From Carpediemonas membranifera BICM (lineage: Eukaryota > Protista > Fornicata), in NCBI GenBank assembly GCA_019828565.1, contig JAHDYR010000035.1:78572-142571 (forward strand): 64,000 nucleotides of DNA, in the 5' to 3' direction. Shown here piece after piece: positions 43,320-55,629 of this stretch; within the stretch, counting starts at the first letter, position 1, and each line of letters begins with the position of its first letter. The notes beneath the pieces are model-generated. The model was not told the origin of the DNA. It saw only the letters and a list, made by a program, of their open reading frames with translations, and made no database searches. Both the position numbers and the translations under genes were made by a program.

Positions 43320-46300
43320 GAAAGAAAGAAAATTTATGGTGCCTGGTATCGGGCCCCGGTTACTTAGGCTGATCTCCCTTATTACTGGAGCCGAGTTCCC
43401 CGGGGCGCTGCCTCCTCCCTGCGATTGAACTTGTCAGCTGCGTCCAACGAGCGATTCGGTGCTACTGCTTCCGCTCACTCCCGATTTCACTTCCCCCCAT
43501 AGGCCTTCGCCATCTCCGTGCGCTGCGCGCTTTCCTGTCTCCCTGTAAACCCGGCAGCTTCCAGGGAGCCTGGGGGTCTGTCCTCGGTGCTTCCACAGGC
43601 AGTTTTGTCCTGCAAGACCTTCTCTATAGCACTCCCTGATTCCCTGCAGTCCCTACGGGGTCGTTCAAGCATGGCACCCTCTCATCTTTCCAGATTCCCT
43701 GTTCAGTGCCCCCACGACCCTGTTAAGTGGCCTACCCGTGGGCGGGGAAAGCAACTAAGTCCCTCTCATCTACCCCTGTTAGGCGGCGTGGGCTAGGGCT
43801 AACACAGACTCTAGATCTGCAAGGCCTAGTACCCCTTATGATAGTTCTCTTGTGCTACACTTCCCAGCGTCCCTCTATCGTTCACAAGGGCGGCGGGGAC
43901 GTCATGTCCCCCGTATCCCATGCTCAGTCCCTGCAGTTTCCTTAGGTTCACCGCGAGTGGTGCAACCATCCAATTGATGGATTTCCTCTGTCCCTGGCCC
44001 TGCCCTCTCCCTGGGAAACATGGGGGGTCTCCCCTTGATCCCAGAGTCTATGCTTCCCTGCCCCCTTTCTGGATGTGGTGTTCCTTATCTATCCATCTAT
44101 TCTATAGCTATCATAGACCTTTGCCAGGGCTCTCAGCCCAGCTCGCAGTCCTTCCCATATCTCTTCCGACCCTGTTAACACTAGTTGTTGCACCTCTAAG
44201 ATTGGCCTCTTCTCATACCACCCATTCGGGCCTCTTCTGACTTGCAATTCCCTGGTCCTCTCCTTAGCTGTCTTCCATATCTTTTCCCAGTCATCTCCTC
44301 TTTCAACCTCTGGGCACTCACACATAATGTGGGCCGCCGATCCCAGCGGCTGACCCCTTACCCACTCCCTGATTAGTGCCTGCTTCCTGGCTTGGTTTGG
44401 CTGCTCTCTCGCTATTTGCCACAGTAACTCTATCTCGCTCTCCTTTGTGCACAGGGGGCACCTCCTTTGTATCTTGTGTTTGAGTTCCTCACCCATCGCC
44501 AGGTCCGCCAGCGCTCGCTCTGGGCCTTCTCCCCTTTCCGCTGATGATGGAGACGGGCTGACATTCGCTGCCACCGACACTATCCTTTTCCACTCTGCCC
44601 TTGACTGCCACTTCCCTGTCTTCCTACTTATGGCCGGTTTCCCCGCCATGCACTTTCCCATACGTTTGGGTCCTAGGACTTCCATGAGCCCCACCGCTGT
44701 CTTGCTCTTGCACCTCCTGGTCCAGTTCATTCTTACCATCTCCCTACCAAAGTCTATCTTCCCTGCATTCGTTGCTCCCTCTCTTGTTCCTCTGAGGAGT
44801 GCGTTCACTGAGTCCCTGGCTTTCCACATAATCGATCCCTCCTTCCAGACCCTGTCTCTGATTGGTATATCCTGGCCCCTGCTTGTCACGATCCTCTTGA
44901 CTGCTAGAATCTCCAGGTGGGCTTGCAGGTCCATCCATCCGTTCAAGATGCGCATGACCGAGCCCCCACCTGGGCCTGTTCCGGCCATGATGCCCTGCCA
45001 ATCCGTCCATATCTTGTTCCCCCCTGCTGCGTAGCCCCACACCTCCACTCCAAACATTATCCTCGGCCATATGTAAACTTCGAGGAGGATCCTGCTGGCT
45101 AGCGCCGGCATGTTGCCTCTGGTCCATCCCACTCTTCTCACTAGCTTCTTGTACCTTTCGCTCTGCTCCCGCTTCTTTCTGATACAGGCTGCCAGTGGGT
45201 CTTTTCCGCTGGCTATCCAGAGACCTAGGTACTTAGCTTCCTCTTTTGCCATTAGGGTAACTCCCCCCACTCTCGCCACTGCTGCCCTGTCTACACTGAT
45301 CATCTCACTCTTTTGTGCATTTGCCCTCATGAGGTGCTCCTTGATAACTTCTATGACTAGGTTCGCCACTATCTTACTCTTTTCCGGTGTCTCCCCTGTG
45401 ACCGCTGTATCGTCCACGAACATGGTTAGGGTGGCCGGCAGCGTGTCCCGGACTCTTGGTAACTCCGTTGGTGGTTCCCTGATATCGTACTCTTGTCCCT
45501 GATGCTTCTTCCTGACCAGGTGAGGCCAGTTTGCCATGAACAAAACGAACAGGGTCGGCGCTAGGACACATCCTTGCTTCACTCCCCTGTTTGTTCTCTC
45601 CCATGACCCTGCCCCCTTCACCGAGATCCATGTCTCTTCTAGTGTACTCTGTATTGCCCTGATGAGGTGGTCTTCGACCCCCATTCCCTGCAGCTTATCC
45701 ATGAGGATGTCCCTCGGGACGGTGTCATAGGCTTTCTCTATGTCTAGGAAGATCGACGTGGTCTCCCCCCCTTCCTGGTGTCTCTGCACGATGTATTGTA
45801 TCTGTTGTATTACGTCCTTATCCGATTGGAACCCCTGCTTGCTCTCTTGGGATGAGGTGCCATGTGGCTGCTTCTAATCTTCTCTTCAGGAGCCTACCAT
45901 ACACCCTATACAGTAGTGGTGTTAGCGAGATGGGTCTGTACGACTCCGGCTTCACTCTGGGCTTCCCTGTCTTGTGGATGGCCGAGACTGTAGCATACTT
46001 CCATGTTGTCGGGATCTTGCCCTCCCTGTATACCCTGTTCATGAGCCTAGTTATCTGAGCGATCCCCTGGTCATCTGTGTCCCTGAGCATGTCCCCTGTA
46101 GTGTGGTCCGGTCCCGGTGCAGTGTCCCTCTTTATCCTTCTGATCGCTTCTCGTATTTCTCTCTCCTTAAATTCGTCCTCCCTCTTTCCATTGCCTCTAT
46201 CCTTCCACTCCGGTTCCCTGCCCCTGCTCACTCCCTGCATACTGTTGTAGGAGGATCTTACCTATTTCTTCCTTGTTGGTGGTAATCTTCCCGTCCTTCA

Positions 46301-47478
46301 GTATGCTCTCTGGCATGCCCTTGAACTGGTTTTCACACCACCATCTTCTTACCGCTGCTTCCACCATGGACCTGGATGCTTTGTATCCTTCCTTCGCGCT
46401 CCCGCTGAGGTCCTGGATCCACTCTTCCCTGCGTTTTCCCCCAGAAGGCCTGTAGCTCACGCTTCATGATCTCACTTCTGGTCTTGTTTCCCTCTTCTGT
46501 CCATGGTGTGTGCCGGAGTTCCGACCACACCTTTTCTTTGATGACCTCTTCCCTGTCTCCACTGCCTGGGTGACCTGACGGCTCGCCCATATCCTTCCTG
46601 ATATCCTCCTCCCACTCATCCAGGCTCTTAAAACGGTGCAGTCTTCTGACTGATGTGCGTTCAGCCTTCTTCCTCATGTTCCACACTCTGACGCCCGGTA
46701 TGTCTAGGACTTCCTCTCTCTTTGTAGTCCGTTGGATCCGTTGTTCCCTCCATTCCAGTCTTATCATGTTGTGGGCTGACCCCCAGACTCCGAGTCGACT
46801 AGCATCCAGTACTTCTATCCTTGCTCCTCTGATCCCTGATGATACCAGCGCGAAGTCCGGAGTGGTAGTTCCCTTGGTGAGGGTACCTTCCATGGGGATC
46901 ACTGCTCCCAGCTTATAGTCCCTGATCAGGTCCTTCCATCTTGCCATTGTGGCTATCCTTCTGGGGTCGAGGTTCCAGTCCCCTATGATGATTGTTTCCA
47001 TCTCTCCTTTCATCTCCAGAATGCTCCTTATTCCGTCCCTGAACTCGTCCTTCTCCTCCCTTCCGTGGCCGACCGGTGGGCCATACACGTTGATCACCAG
47101 GATGTCCCTATGGGTTCTGAGTATGCTCACCTGTATCCTCCCTGATAAGCTATCTGTGATGCCTACGTCCCAGCTCCCTCTTGCTCTTGGGTTGATGATT
47201 GTGCCCACTCCTTCTCTAGTACCCCTCGTCCTGGGCGTCCGGCTACTGCTCCCTGCTATGCCCAGCTGGGCATCTATTCGGCGCTGGCTTTGGGCTTCTT
47301 TCTTCCTCCTCTCGTTGTCCATAGCAAGCTCCTCCTCTGTTTCCTTCCCTGCCATTGCGTAGTCGAAGTCTATGAAGTTGTGTACCCTCGTATTCGCCGT
47401 CCTCCACGTTTCTTGGATGCATACTGCATCTGTGTCGCTCAGTTTCATCCTTATAGCCGTTGCCATTGAGGCCGTGAA
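43320..47478 (-). mobile_element. LINE B: 5'-truncated copy of LINE A (ORF2, 3' UTR, TTTC tail)
   Basis: Near-identical to about 5596-9760. 16-bp TSD with one mismatch: GCCGACCACTGGACCA at 43304-43319 and GCCGAACACTGGACCA at 47479-47494. Confidence 0.96.
44089..47478 (-). CDS. LINE B ORF2 (APE-RT), frameshifted
   Basis: ORF pieces 46333-47487, 46197-46460, 45818-46240 and 44089-45789 match LINE A ORF2. Confidence 0.93.
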
Positions 47479-47505
47479 GCCGAACACTGGACCACTCCAG
47501 AGCAG

Positions 47506-49119
47506 GTGACGGCCACCCTGTGCGACCCAGCCCTCGTCCGGGCCCTTATGAACGAGTCCAACTGTGGGTCGGCCACGGGTCGATTCAGCCAGAGTCGGCT
47601 CCGGCAGCTCTGTGAGGCATTGAGGGGCTTTGTCCCCGAGACCGTCAGGTCGACACTGCCAGTCCTGCCCAACGGCGGTAGGATCTTCACCAAGCTGCCC
47701 CCGGTGGTTGCCAAAATCGCCCAGGCCTGCTTCGGGTCAGTCCCGCAGCGGGCGCCCCGGGTGACCTGGGCACCTGATGGGGCCGCGCGCCAGCGCAGTG
47801 TCCCCGAGCCGTTCTTGCCAGCTCACAGCGCCATGTTTGTGGGGAAGTTGCTCCCCACGAAGAGGGCCAGACTGGCATGGGCGAAGAGCTTTGTCGCGCT
47901 GCTCAATGAGTACGCCGCAGCCCCGGCCCACGGGAAGCCCGACGTTGTCCGCCGCATCTTGACCTTCGCGCAGGGTCTCTATGCTCCTCCGGAGCGGACC
48001 ACCGAGCAGCCCCGGCTGAAAGCCAGTGCGCGCGCACTCAGGTTGGGACAACGAGGCTTCTATTCTCGCGCCACGCAAGCTCTCTCCGCCGGAGAGTTCG
48101 CTGGGGATCGCGCGTGGGTGGAGGCCAGGCTCTGTGAGAGCCAGGTGCAGCCGTCTGGTAGTCGGCTGGCAGCAGTGTCGGGTCCCGCGTCCACACTGAA
48201 CCACTGCCAAATAACTGTCCCTGCGGTGAAGAAGGCACTTAAGAGCCTCAACGCCGAGTCCGCACCGGGTCCTTCAGGCCTATCTTACCTTCATCTGAAG
48301 GCGACGGGCCGGGCCATCGGGTGGAATGAACTCGCCGCGGCTCTTGTGCCCCTGCTCGAGGATATGCTCGAGGGCGTCGCCTGCCTGGAGCCATTTTCCC
48401 ACTGCATACTTGTGCCGATCCCGAAGAAGGATGGCAAGCCGCGCCCCGTCTCAATAGGCGACAGCCTTCGTCGTCTCGCAGCGAAGGTGGCAGTTCGTCA
48501 GGCTGCTGCCCGGCTGCAGGACGACAAGGCGTTGCCGGGTCAGTATGGCCTCGGCGAGAAGTGCGGGCTCAAGGAGCTAACCAATCTTGTGAGGGAGCAT
48601 CGTGGCGGCGGTCAGGTGATCGCTTTGGATCTTACCAACGCATATGGATGCATGAGTAGATCTCACCTTCGCGATGCGACAGCTGCATACTGCCCGTCGC
48701 TTTCCGAGTACCTCGAACTGATGTTGCTTAATCCAATGCTGTTCTCAGCAACCGGGATGGTCCTCAGATCACTCGAAGGAATTACGCAAGGAGATCCTAC
48801 GAGCCCGCTGCTGTTCAGTTGCGGCATGAAGCCCCTTTTGGACGATCTTCGGACCGAGTTTCCAAACTACGCATTTTATGCCTATCAGGATGATGTCTAC
48901 TGCCTGATGCCCAAGGACGCTACAGAGAGTGAGACGAACACGGTCATCATGACCGCGACGTCCAATTTCGCCAGAGTCGGGTTGAAGGTCAACGAGAAGA
49001 AGACTGTCATCGCCGGGCTGGGCCTAGTGGCCAGTGAATCCTCGCTTGCGCCGCGCGGCGAGGCTTTCAAGGTCCTGGGCACGCCGGTGGGGCCGGCTGC
49101 GTACGTCAAGGTGTTGTAA
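47506..49119 (+). CDS. CRE-clade reverse transcriptase (no RLE domain retained)
   Basis: SAPGPSG, LVPIPKKDGKPRPVSIGDSLRRL, QYGLG, LDLTNAYG, GITQGDPTSPLLF, AYQDD, GLKVNEKKT, VLGTPVG. Confidence 0.88.
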   Translation: MTATLCDPALVRALMNESNCGSATGRFSQSRLRQLCEALRGFVPETVRSTLPVLPNGGRIFTKLPPVVAKIAQACFGSVPQRAPRVTWAPDGAARQRSVPEPFLPAHSAMFVGKLLPTKRARLAWAKSFVALLNEYAAAPAHGKPDVVRRILTFAQGLYAPPERTTEQPRLKASARALRLGQRGFYSRATQALSAGEFAGDRAWVEARLCESQVQPSGSRLAAVSGPASTLNHCQITVPAVKKALKSLNAESAPGPSGLSYLHLKATGRAIGWNELAAALVPLLEDMLEGVACLEPFSHCILVPIPKKDGKPRPVSIGDSLRRLAAKVAVRQAAARLQDDKALPGQYGLGEKCGLKELTNLVREHRGGGQVIALDLTNAYGCMSRSHLRDATAAYCPSLSEYLELMLLNPMLFSATGMVLRSLEGITQGDPTSPLLFSCGMKPLLDDLRTEFPNYAFYAYQDDVYCLMPKDATESETNTVIMTATSNFARVGLKVNEKKTVIAGLGLVASESSLAPRGEAFKVLGTPVGPAAYVKVL

Positions 49120-49283
49120 CGATGCGCTAATTTATTTCGACACACTGGTGTCGTCTCGGACCAAGTAGGACCACGACGACACCCATAAAATATATAAATA
49201 TTAATACGGTATTGCGACACTACCCCTCCCCCCCACCGAGAGTATTAAAGCCACTTTGCAAATTGTGTCAGAAACCCATCCGA

Positions 49284-49343
49284 TGGTCGAGGATCTTCCT
49301 TCAGGGTGGAACCGGGTTCGACCCCCGGAGTCACCATATTTTT
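49284..49343 (+). other. tRNA-like 3' half / Pol III B-box followed by a T-run
   Basis: CCGGG-TTCGACC-CCCGG T-arm, then AGTCACCA and TATTTTT. No matching 5' acceptor strand found. Confidence 0.3.
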
Positions 49344-49949
49344 CACTGAATGGGTCTTAACCTGCACGACCCAGCGATGAGTCGAAAAGAAGGAGGAGGC
49401 GAAGGACGAAAAAAAAATGGAAAGGGTGTACTCGATATGCCCTTGCAGCGGCCTACCTCCACCTCCTGTCTGAGGTCTGAGTACTTCGTGTGGTGGCCGA
49501 AACACGAGTCGATGGCGAAAGAGTGAACGGGGAAGATGATCGCAACGAGAGCTGAACCCGAGGGAAATGGGGAGATATATAAAGGTGATTGTACTGCTGT
49601 AGCACTAGGTTCTCACGGGCATTGGTTCCCCCGCAATGCGCAAAAATTTGGAATCAATCGATTAACTGGGGAGGTTTGGACCGAAATTCCCCGCAAAAGA
49701 GGTGTAACAAGCATGTGTAGAGCGATATTGGGCGGAAGAATTACTTCCTGGAGGGTAATTGAGCATAATTGGCTGCTCGCCGATTGAGTTGCCTAATACT
49801 GCGGCTAGGACCGGGCCCGCCACCTGCGACGAATACGAGCCAGAGTCGGCTCTAGTGCAGGGTTCTCGCGCAAATATTGGTCTAGGGCCTCCAGCTGGTC
49901 GGTGTCTCTGGTAAAACTAATCCAAGAGTCTTCGCTCGGCTCGTAGCCC

Positions 49950-52900
49950 AGCACACGGCGGGGTGCTATCACTGCGCACTGGCGGACAGCACACTGTTCG
50001 CAATCAGAGTTCTAGCACTGTTCAGAGGCACCAACGGCATCGGTGAGTTAGAGGACGCCCTCAGACTGCTGCAGCCAGCCATTGAGGAAGAGGTCAGAGC
50101 AGCCAGAGAAAGCAGTGACATCGTAGCAGGGCTGGGGTTCCAGCCGAGGCACACAGCGTTCCAGGAGTTTGGCCCCCACCCAGCGTTCAGAGAGATCAGA
50201 GACGGGCACCAGGGCAACAGGTTCCTCGTAGTGCCAGACAGAGAACACAGGTTCGGCATTGGCTTCGGATTTGCAGAGGTAGCGATGGGGATGAAGGGCC
50301 TGCTCCTATCCCCTGACGCCTTCACTGACAGAGACAACAGAGTCACTAGGAACCCTATCTGGACACTGGAAGAGGAGCTAGACAACCCAGAGCAACTCAG
50401 AGCGGTCCAGGGCCGAGCCGGCCTTGGAGCGCACAACGAAGAGAACATGGTCACACTGTCACAGCTCGTCAACTGGTGGCCCAGCAGAGAGCGCATCGCC
50501 CGGCAAGAGACCACGACAGAGAGGTGGGTCACCAAGTTGACAGAGAGGCCAGACGGTCGGTCGACCAGGAAGTCAGGCGCCCTACTGGCAGAGAGATCGG
50601 ACATCCCACCCACAGAGAAGCCATACACCTGGCCGACAGAGAGGCCAGACGTCCGGCTGACTATGAGGTCAGACGCCCCATCGCCAGAGAAGCTGACCAA
50701 CCCACCGAAAGAGACATCAGACACCCTGACGACAGAGAGGCTGGGCGCCTCATCGACAGAGAAATCAGACGTCCTGAAATCTATGAACGCGACACGGAGC
50801 TCGAACGTCTGGAAGCCAGGGCCAACAGAGCAGAACAGGACGGTCTCCGGATCAGACCCGACTTCGAAGAGGCAGAGAGGCGCCAGCGGGAGAGAAACGA
50901 GTGGTTTAGAGAACATCTTGGAACAGCCAGAGACAACCGCAGAGGCAACCACTCCTCAGCAGCCGGCAAGCGAGGCAGCCAAGGCAGAGACGACCTATCC
51001 GAGTCAGGAAAGAGGAGCAGACACAGTGATGACACCGCTGGGACGGTAAGAAGCAGACTACCAGACCAGCAGGACGCCGAGAAACAGAGGCTCCTACTTC
51101 AACTGGCAGAGGCACAGCGAGAAATCTCAGCCCTCAAGGCCGCCCGGCAGAGACCCGCAGACCTGGCAGGCACTGAACCCGACCCCCTTGTCAGACCACC
51201 GATTGAGATGGTCAAGAACAGAGACGCCGCGGTAGTGCCCCGTCGCAGGAACAAGAGCAGGAGAACCAGGACCACCAGACAGATGGACCCCATGGAGATG
51301 ATGACACAGTTCATGTCCTTCATGGCCAACATGCAAGGTGGTCAGGCCCGCGACCCTGAACCGTATGATGATGCCAGTGAAAGTGAGGTCTCGGAGGAGT
51401 AAGTGGATCAGAGATAAAGCAGTATTCTTTCAGAAACTAGTGTATCAGACTTTCTTTCTTTATATAACCCTGGCTCCCACCCAGGGCCTGGCATTAGCCC
51501 ACGGGCACTGCCAGTAGGTTGCAGGCGGCAGCCAAAGGGGGTCACGCCACTGCGCCCCCTCCTAAGTATCCATGCCCGAGGGCGAATCGGTCACCAAGAA
51601 GCACGGAGGCTGGCCCGCCAAGGGTTACCAAGACCGGCATCGAGGCCCCTTGACGGGACAGAGACACAGTGAACCCTTAGCCCCTGCAGAAATTCTCAGA
51701 ATTCGCAGGATAAGGATCAGAGCATAGTACAACATGGAAACGTTCAAGATCTTAAGCCTGAACACTCAGGGGCACATAGGACGAGGAAAGGACTTCACGG
51801 CATCAATAGCAACAGCAATTCAAACCAAACTCAGAGACATTGAAGCGGTTTGTATACAAGAGACATGGAGAACAGCAAACACAAGAGTCCACAGCTTCAT
51901 AGACTTCCAGTACGCTTTAGCAGGCAGAGAAACAGAGGAAACACTAGCAACAACGAACGAAAAGCGGAAAAGAGAGACCAGGTGCCAGCATCGCGTGAAC
52001 AGACAACTGGGAATCACAGGTGACGACCCCCTACACCCAAGTGGCACGGGACCAGAGAAGGCATCGGCACAATCGTAAGCCCGCATGCCAGAGCAACATG
52101 GGATGTCGGCATCACTGACAGCCTGTCAGGAAGAGTGCAGGCGAGTATTATGAGGACGAGCAGAGACATCATGGTAATCACAGTGTATGCACCCACTTCA
52201 GATAAAGGGAAGACAGTGAAAGATCAGTTCAGAGACAACATCCAAGAGATACTGGACATGAAAGGGGACATGGAAGCAATCATCATTGGGGACTGGAACA
52301 TGGCCCCAGGGCCGGCACACGGAACCACCAGGTGGAAGGATGTTATGGACAAACACAAACTCAGAGCAATCATACCAGAGAGGGGCACATTATCCAGTGG
52401 CAACACCACACCGGACTTCGCAATGGTCTCAGAGGGAATCAGGAAAGCAGAGATTCAAGTGGTCAGCTCGACAGTGCTGGGAGTATGGGGGTCGGCCCAC
52501 GAAGGGGTCAAGCTTGCCTGGGAAAAACCCCGATACAGAGCCAACAGAGACGATGACAGTGGCCTGGAAATGCCAGGAGTGCACACATGGAATATGAAAG
52601 GGAGGGAGGGCCACACAACAATCAAGGAGCTAGACAGAAACGGATCGATAGATCAGTGGGAGGAGACAATCAGAGCCTGCCTGGGGGAACCAGCCGGGGA
52701 GAAGAGAGCCAAGCCACGAGAGCAGATAGTACAAGACAGCGCATGGGCCGACCTCCATGAAACAGAATGGTCAGAAGCAGGCAACAAGGTGAGGACGAGA
52801 CTAATGAACAGCGAACTGAAGAAGTACTGGGACAAACGCAGAGAAGAGTGGATAGCCGACCTCAGCAAGAGCACAAGAGAGGGATACAAAGCATCGAGAT

Positions 52901-53090
52901 CAATGGTAGAGGCTGCAGTCAGAAGATGGTGGTGCGACAACCAGTACAAAGGGATGCCTGGCAGCCTGCTCAAGGACGGAATGATCACCACGGACAAGGC
53001 CACGATCAGCGAAATCCTGCTTAAGCAGTACGCGAAGGTAAGTAGAGGCAGAGAACCAGAGTGGAAGGAGTGGCCTGGCATAGCAGTTGA
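49950..53090 (+). mobile_element. LINE C: internal fragment of a sister family of LINE A (ORF1 C-half, inter-ORF RNA, APE part of ORF2)
   Basis: Starts at HTAGCYHCALADSTLF (about 49952-50000); ORF1 pieces 50231-51049 and 50476-51402; ORF2 51734-53112 (SLNTQG, CIQET, GDWN, WGSAH), strongly similar to LINE A. Confidence 0.9.
51468..51733 (+). promoter_or_regulatory. Conserved structured inter-ORF RNA element of LINE C
   Basis: Aligns with 5284-5536; stem CCGGCA/TGCCGG becomes CTGGCA/TGCCAG. Confidence 0.65.
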
Positions 53091-55629
53091 AATGTCCGGT
53101 ATGGGAAGTTGACGAAACCAACCGGAAAAAGGCCAAAAGCTGGCAATCGGGATTTATCGGATCTCATTGAAAGCTATTCGAGCTCGAAGCGAGCGACGGT
53201 GCCCCGCGGCGCCAGCATCCACCAAATGGTAATTTCAGGACCAAGAGTTCGTCTGCTCTGGGGCACGAGAGCAGAAATGGGAAGTATTCTCCTAACCCAC
53301 TAGCCATAGGGCACATTGGGGAAGCAAATTGCTCCCCGGAGGAGATCGTCCGTTGCGAAGCAGGTTAGCGCCAGAGCGGGCCGGCAGAGGACAACTGGCT
53401 GCTCCAGGTGAGGTGATGCGCACCTCACCTGGAGCCCACTCCCCTGCCCTGTATACCTCGCCGTGCGCCAAGCTATGTCGAGCAACAGATGATCGTCCTC
53501 GTGTGCCCAAAAATGCACAGAGGCAAAAACCACCCAAAAGGGAATAAGTTAGCCTCGGTAGGAAAGCGTTGACAGAATACACAGTACTCTAACAACAAAC
53601 AAAACCTACCGCCCATGCTCCTGGGACCCACAAGGGGACCAGACGCAACTAAACGCTCCTCGCACAAACCCACAAGGGAAATCAACGCGAACAAGCGTAC
53701 TGCGCCACCTTTATGATTGAAACCCCTACCGTAACCGGTACCCGCAGTAGGCCCCAGAGGCACTGCGACACGATTGCCTCAGACAACTTAACTGGGGCCA
53801 TATGGCAAAGTAACCCGAGAGCACCGGGACCGGCGGCCAATAGGCTCTCACTGGGAGGCCACTGGGCCACACTACTCCGGCGCCCGTGCTCTCATGCCGC
53901 CCAAGACCGGGCTTGTGGACGTCATCGCCACGAGAGCCGGGATCGCCGCCCGCCGCCGGCATAGGCAACAGGGCCACCACAACAGGCCCCCAGTACACCA
54001 GCCATACCGGACAACAGACCGGGAGCGCTGAGAGAGCTGCGCATATGTACATCCCGTCAGCAGTCTGCAAAATCACTCTGGTACCGATTCCAACGTGTAG
54101 ATTTCGAGATATTGCTCGTTTCATCCTTTTGCCTTAACCTGCGTCGCAAAGAAGTCGAAATCAGTGGTTAGACCGCACTGGACCTCTTGCAGGCTCTCTG
54201 CATACGCGCTTTAGTATGCAATGAAGGTATTCACTTTCCCGTAAATTGTTTAAATTCAATGAATACTTCATTTTCGGTCCGGAAGAAATAGATAATCTAG
54301 GGTTTTTAGGCCCTAGATTATCTAGAAAAAATCGTAGATTATCTGCCGACTTTCACAGTATGACCGGGCTGCGACCACAAGATACAGGACGAGGGGCGTG
54401 AATGGCAACCAGCTGGTGCAGCCGGGCGTCTATGCGAGCACGAAGGCGCTTATAGACCCGCATTTGGCCCCTCAGCTCAGCGTCGAAACCCCGAGCCGAC
54501 TTAGACTCGTGGGGACTCAGGTCCTCGTCACGGTAATTCTGAGCCAGGTAGGAAAAGGCAGCGGCACGCTCCCGCCACCGGCTGGCCAGGACGTCCACCT
54601 GGGCAAAATCGTCAGCTATGGTCCGCAGGAAATGCGCCTCCCAACCCCGAGGAGTCGCCGGGCCAGGAGTCGGGGATTCCCGAGAAGGAGCGGTGAAGCC
54701 CCTGCCGCCACAAGGCAAGGGACTACCCTGGGGCCCGGAGGGGAATATGGGATCCCCCGTCGGAGTGCGAAGAGGGCCCTGCTTCCCGGGAAAGAGGCGG
54801 CGCCCCCGAAATCGGAGTCCAGGCCGTACTCGGGCCAAGGACTCGATAGGGATCGGAGTGCATAACCCCTGGTAATGCACCTCCCCCTCTGGGGACCGCT
54901 GGGCAGCGGAGGCGCCGGCCGAATGGCCAGGAGGAGGCGTGAAGGTGGAAGGAGAGATGGAACGGACGCATGGGGAATAAGGGACAGCAGCCCCGTGTGG
55001 GGCGATGCTCCCTGTCCCTGCAATAAGGTTCCCTTTTGGGTTTTCGCCAGACATGTTTTTGTGTGGAAACAAGGTCCGCAACAAACCTCGCATACCTCGC
55101 CCCTGAACCATCCGCCCTGAGGAAGGGAAAGGAGCCATACAAGACCAGGACATCGCTGGCTGGCGCCCCTTGGAACCTCCACCAGACCTCCTCAAGCCCC
55201 TCCAAGAAGCTGGCAAAAGTGCACTTCCCGCCTTTTGCCACTCCAAATGGAAACAGGGGAATATCCCAACAGGGACATGCCAGATAGGGAAGAAAGCATG
55301 ATTTATGGCTTATTCGCCCTTAAGGCTGCACCCAGAAGGGATCTCAGGAAAACCAGAAGGGAAAAAAGCAAATACGTCCATTATCCAGCTCGGCAACGCG
55401 ATAGGATACGACAAGATTGTAGACCCAGAACAGGGAAGCTTTTACAGCAAAGGAAGGCCCAGGGGAGCTCCGGAAAAGCCGGGCCAAGAAGCTGTTTGCA
55501 TCACTTCCCCTCCTGAGACGGTACACAAAAGCCGCCCAACAGCCATACTGGCTATTCATTGAAGGGAACCGGCTGGACCTAGAGCAGGCGGAGACACTAA
55601 GCCGGCTTCGCCCAGGGTCCCCCAAATTT

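Larger units (their letters stand above)
42577..49119 (+). mobile_element. CRE/SLACS-clade non-LTR element, split by LINE B and 3'-truncated
   Basis: RT in 47506-49119. The frame ...EWVPDAMRADHWT (before 43319) rejoins HWTTPEQVTATL (after 47479) across the TSD. The 5' limit is uncertain. Confidence 0.8.

Noticed and set aside
49881-49893. TCTAGGGCCTCCA near the LINE C start, similar to the LINE A TSD, as evidence of target specificity
   Set aside because: It lies about 60 bp from the junction, and LINE B (same family as A) has an unrelated TSD.
53110-54240. Further LINE 3' UTR or inter-ORF remnant
   Set aside because: Composition is similar, but I could not defend an alignment.
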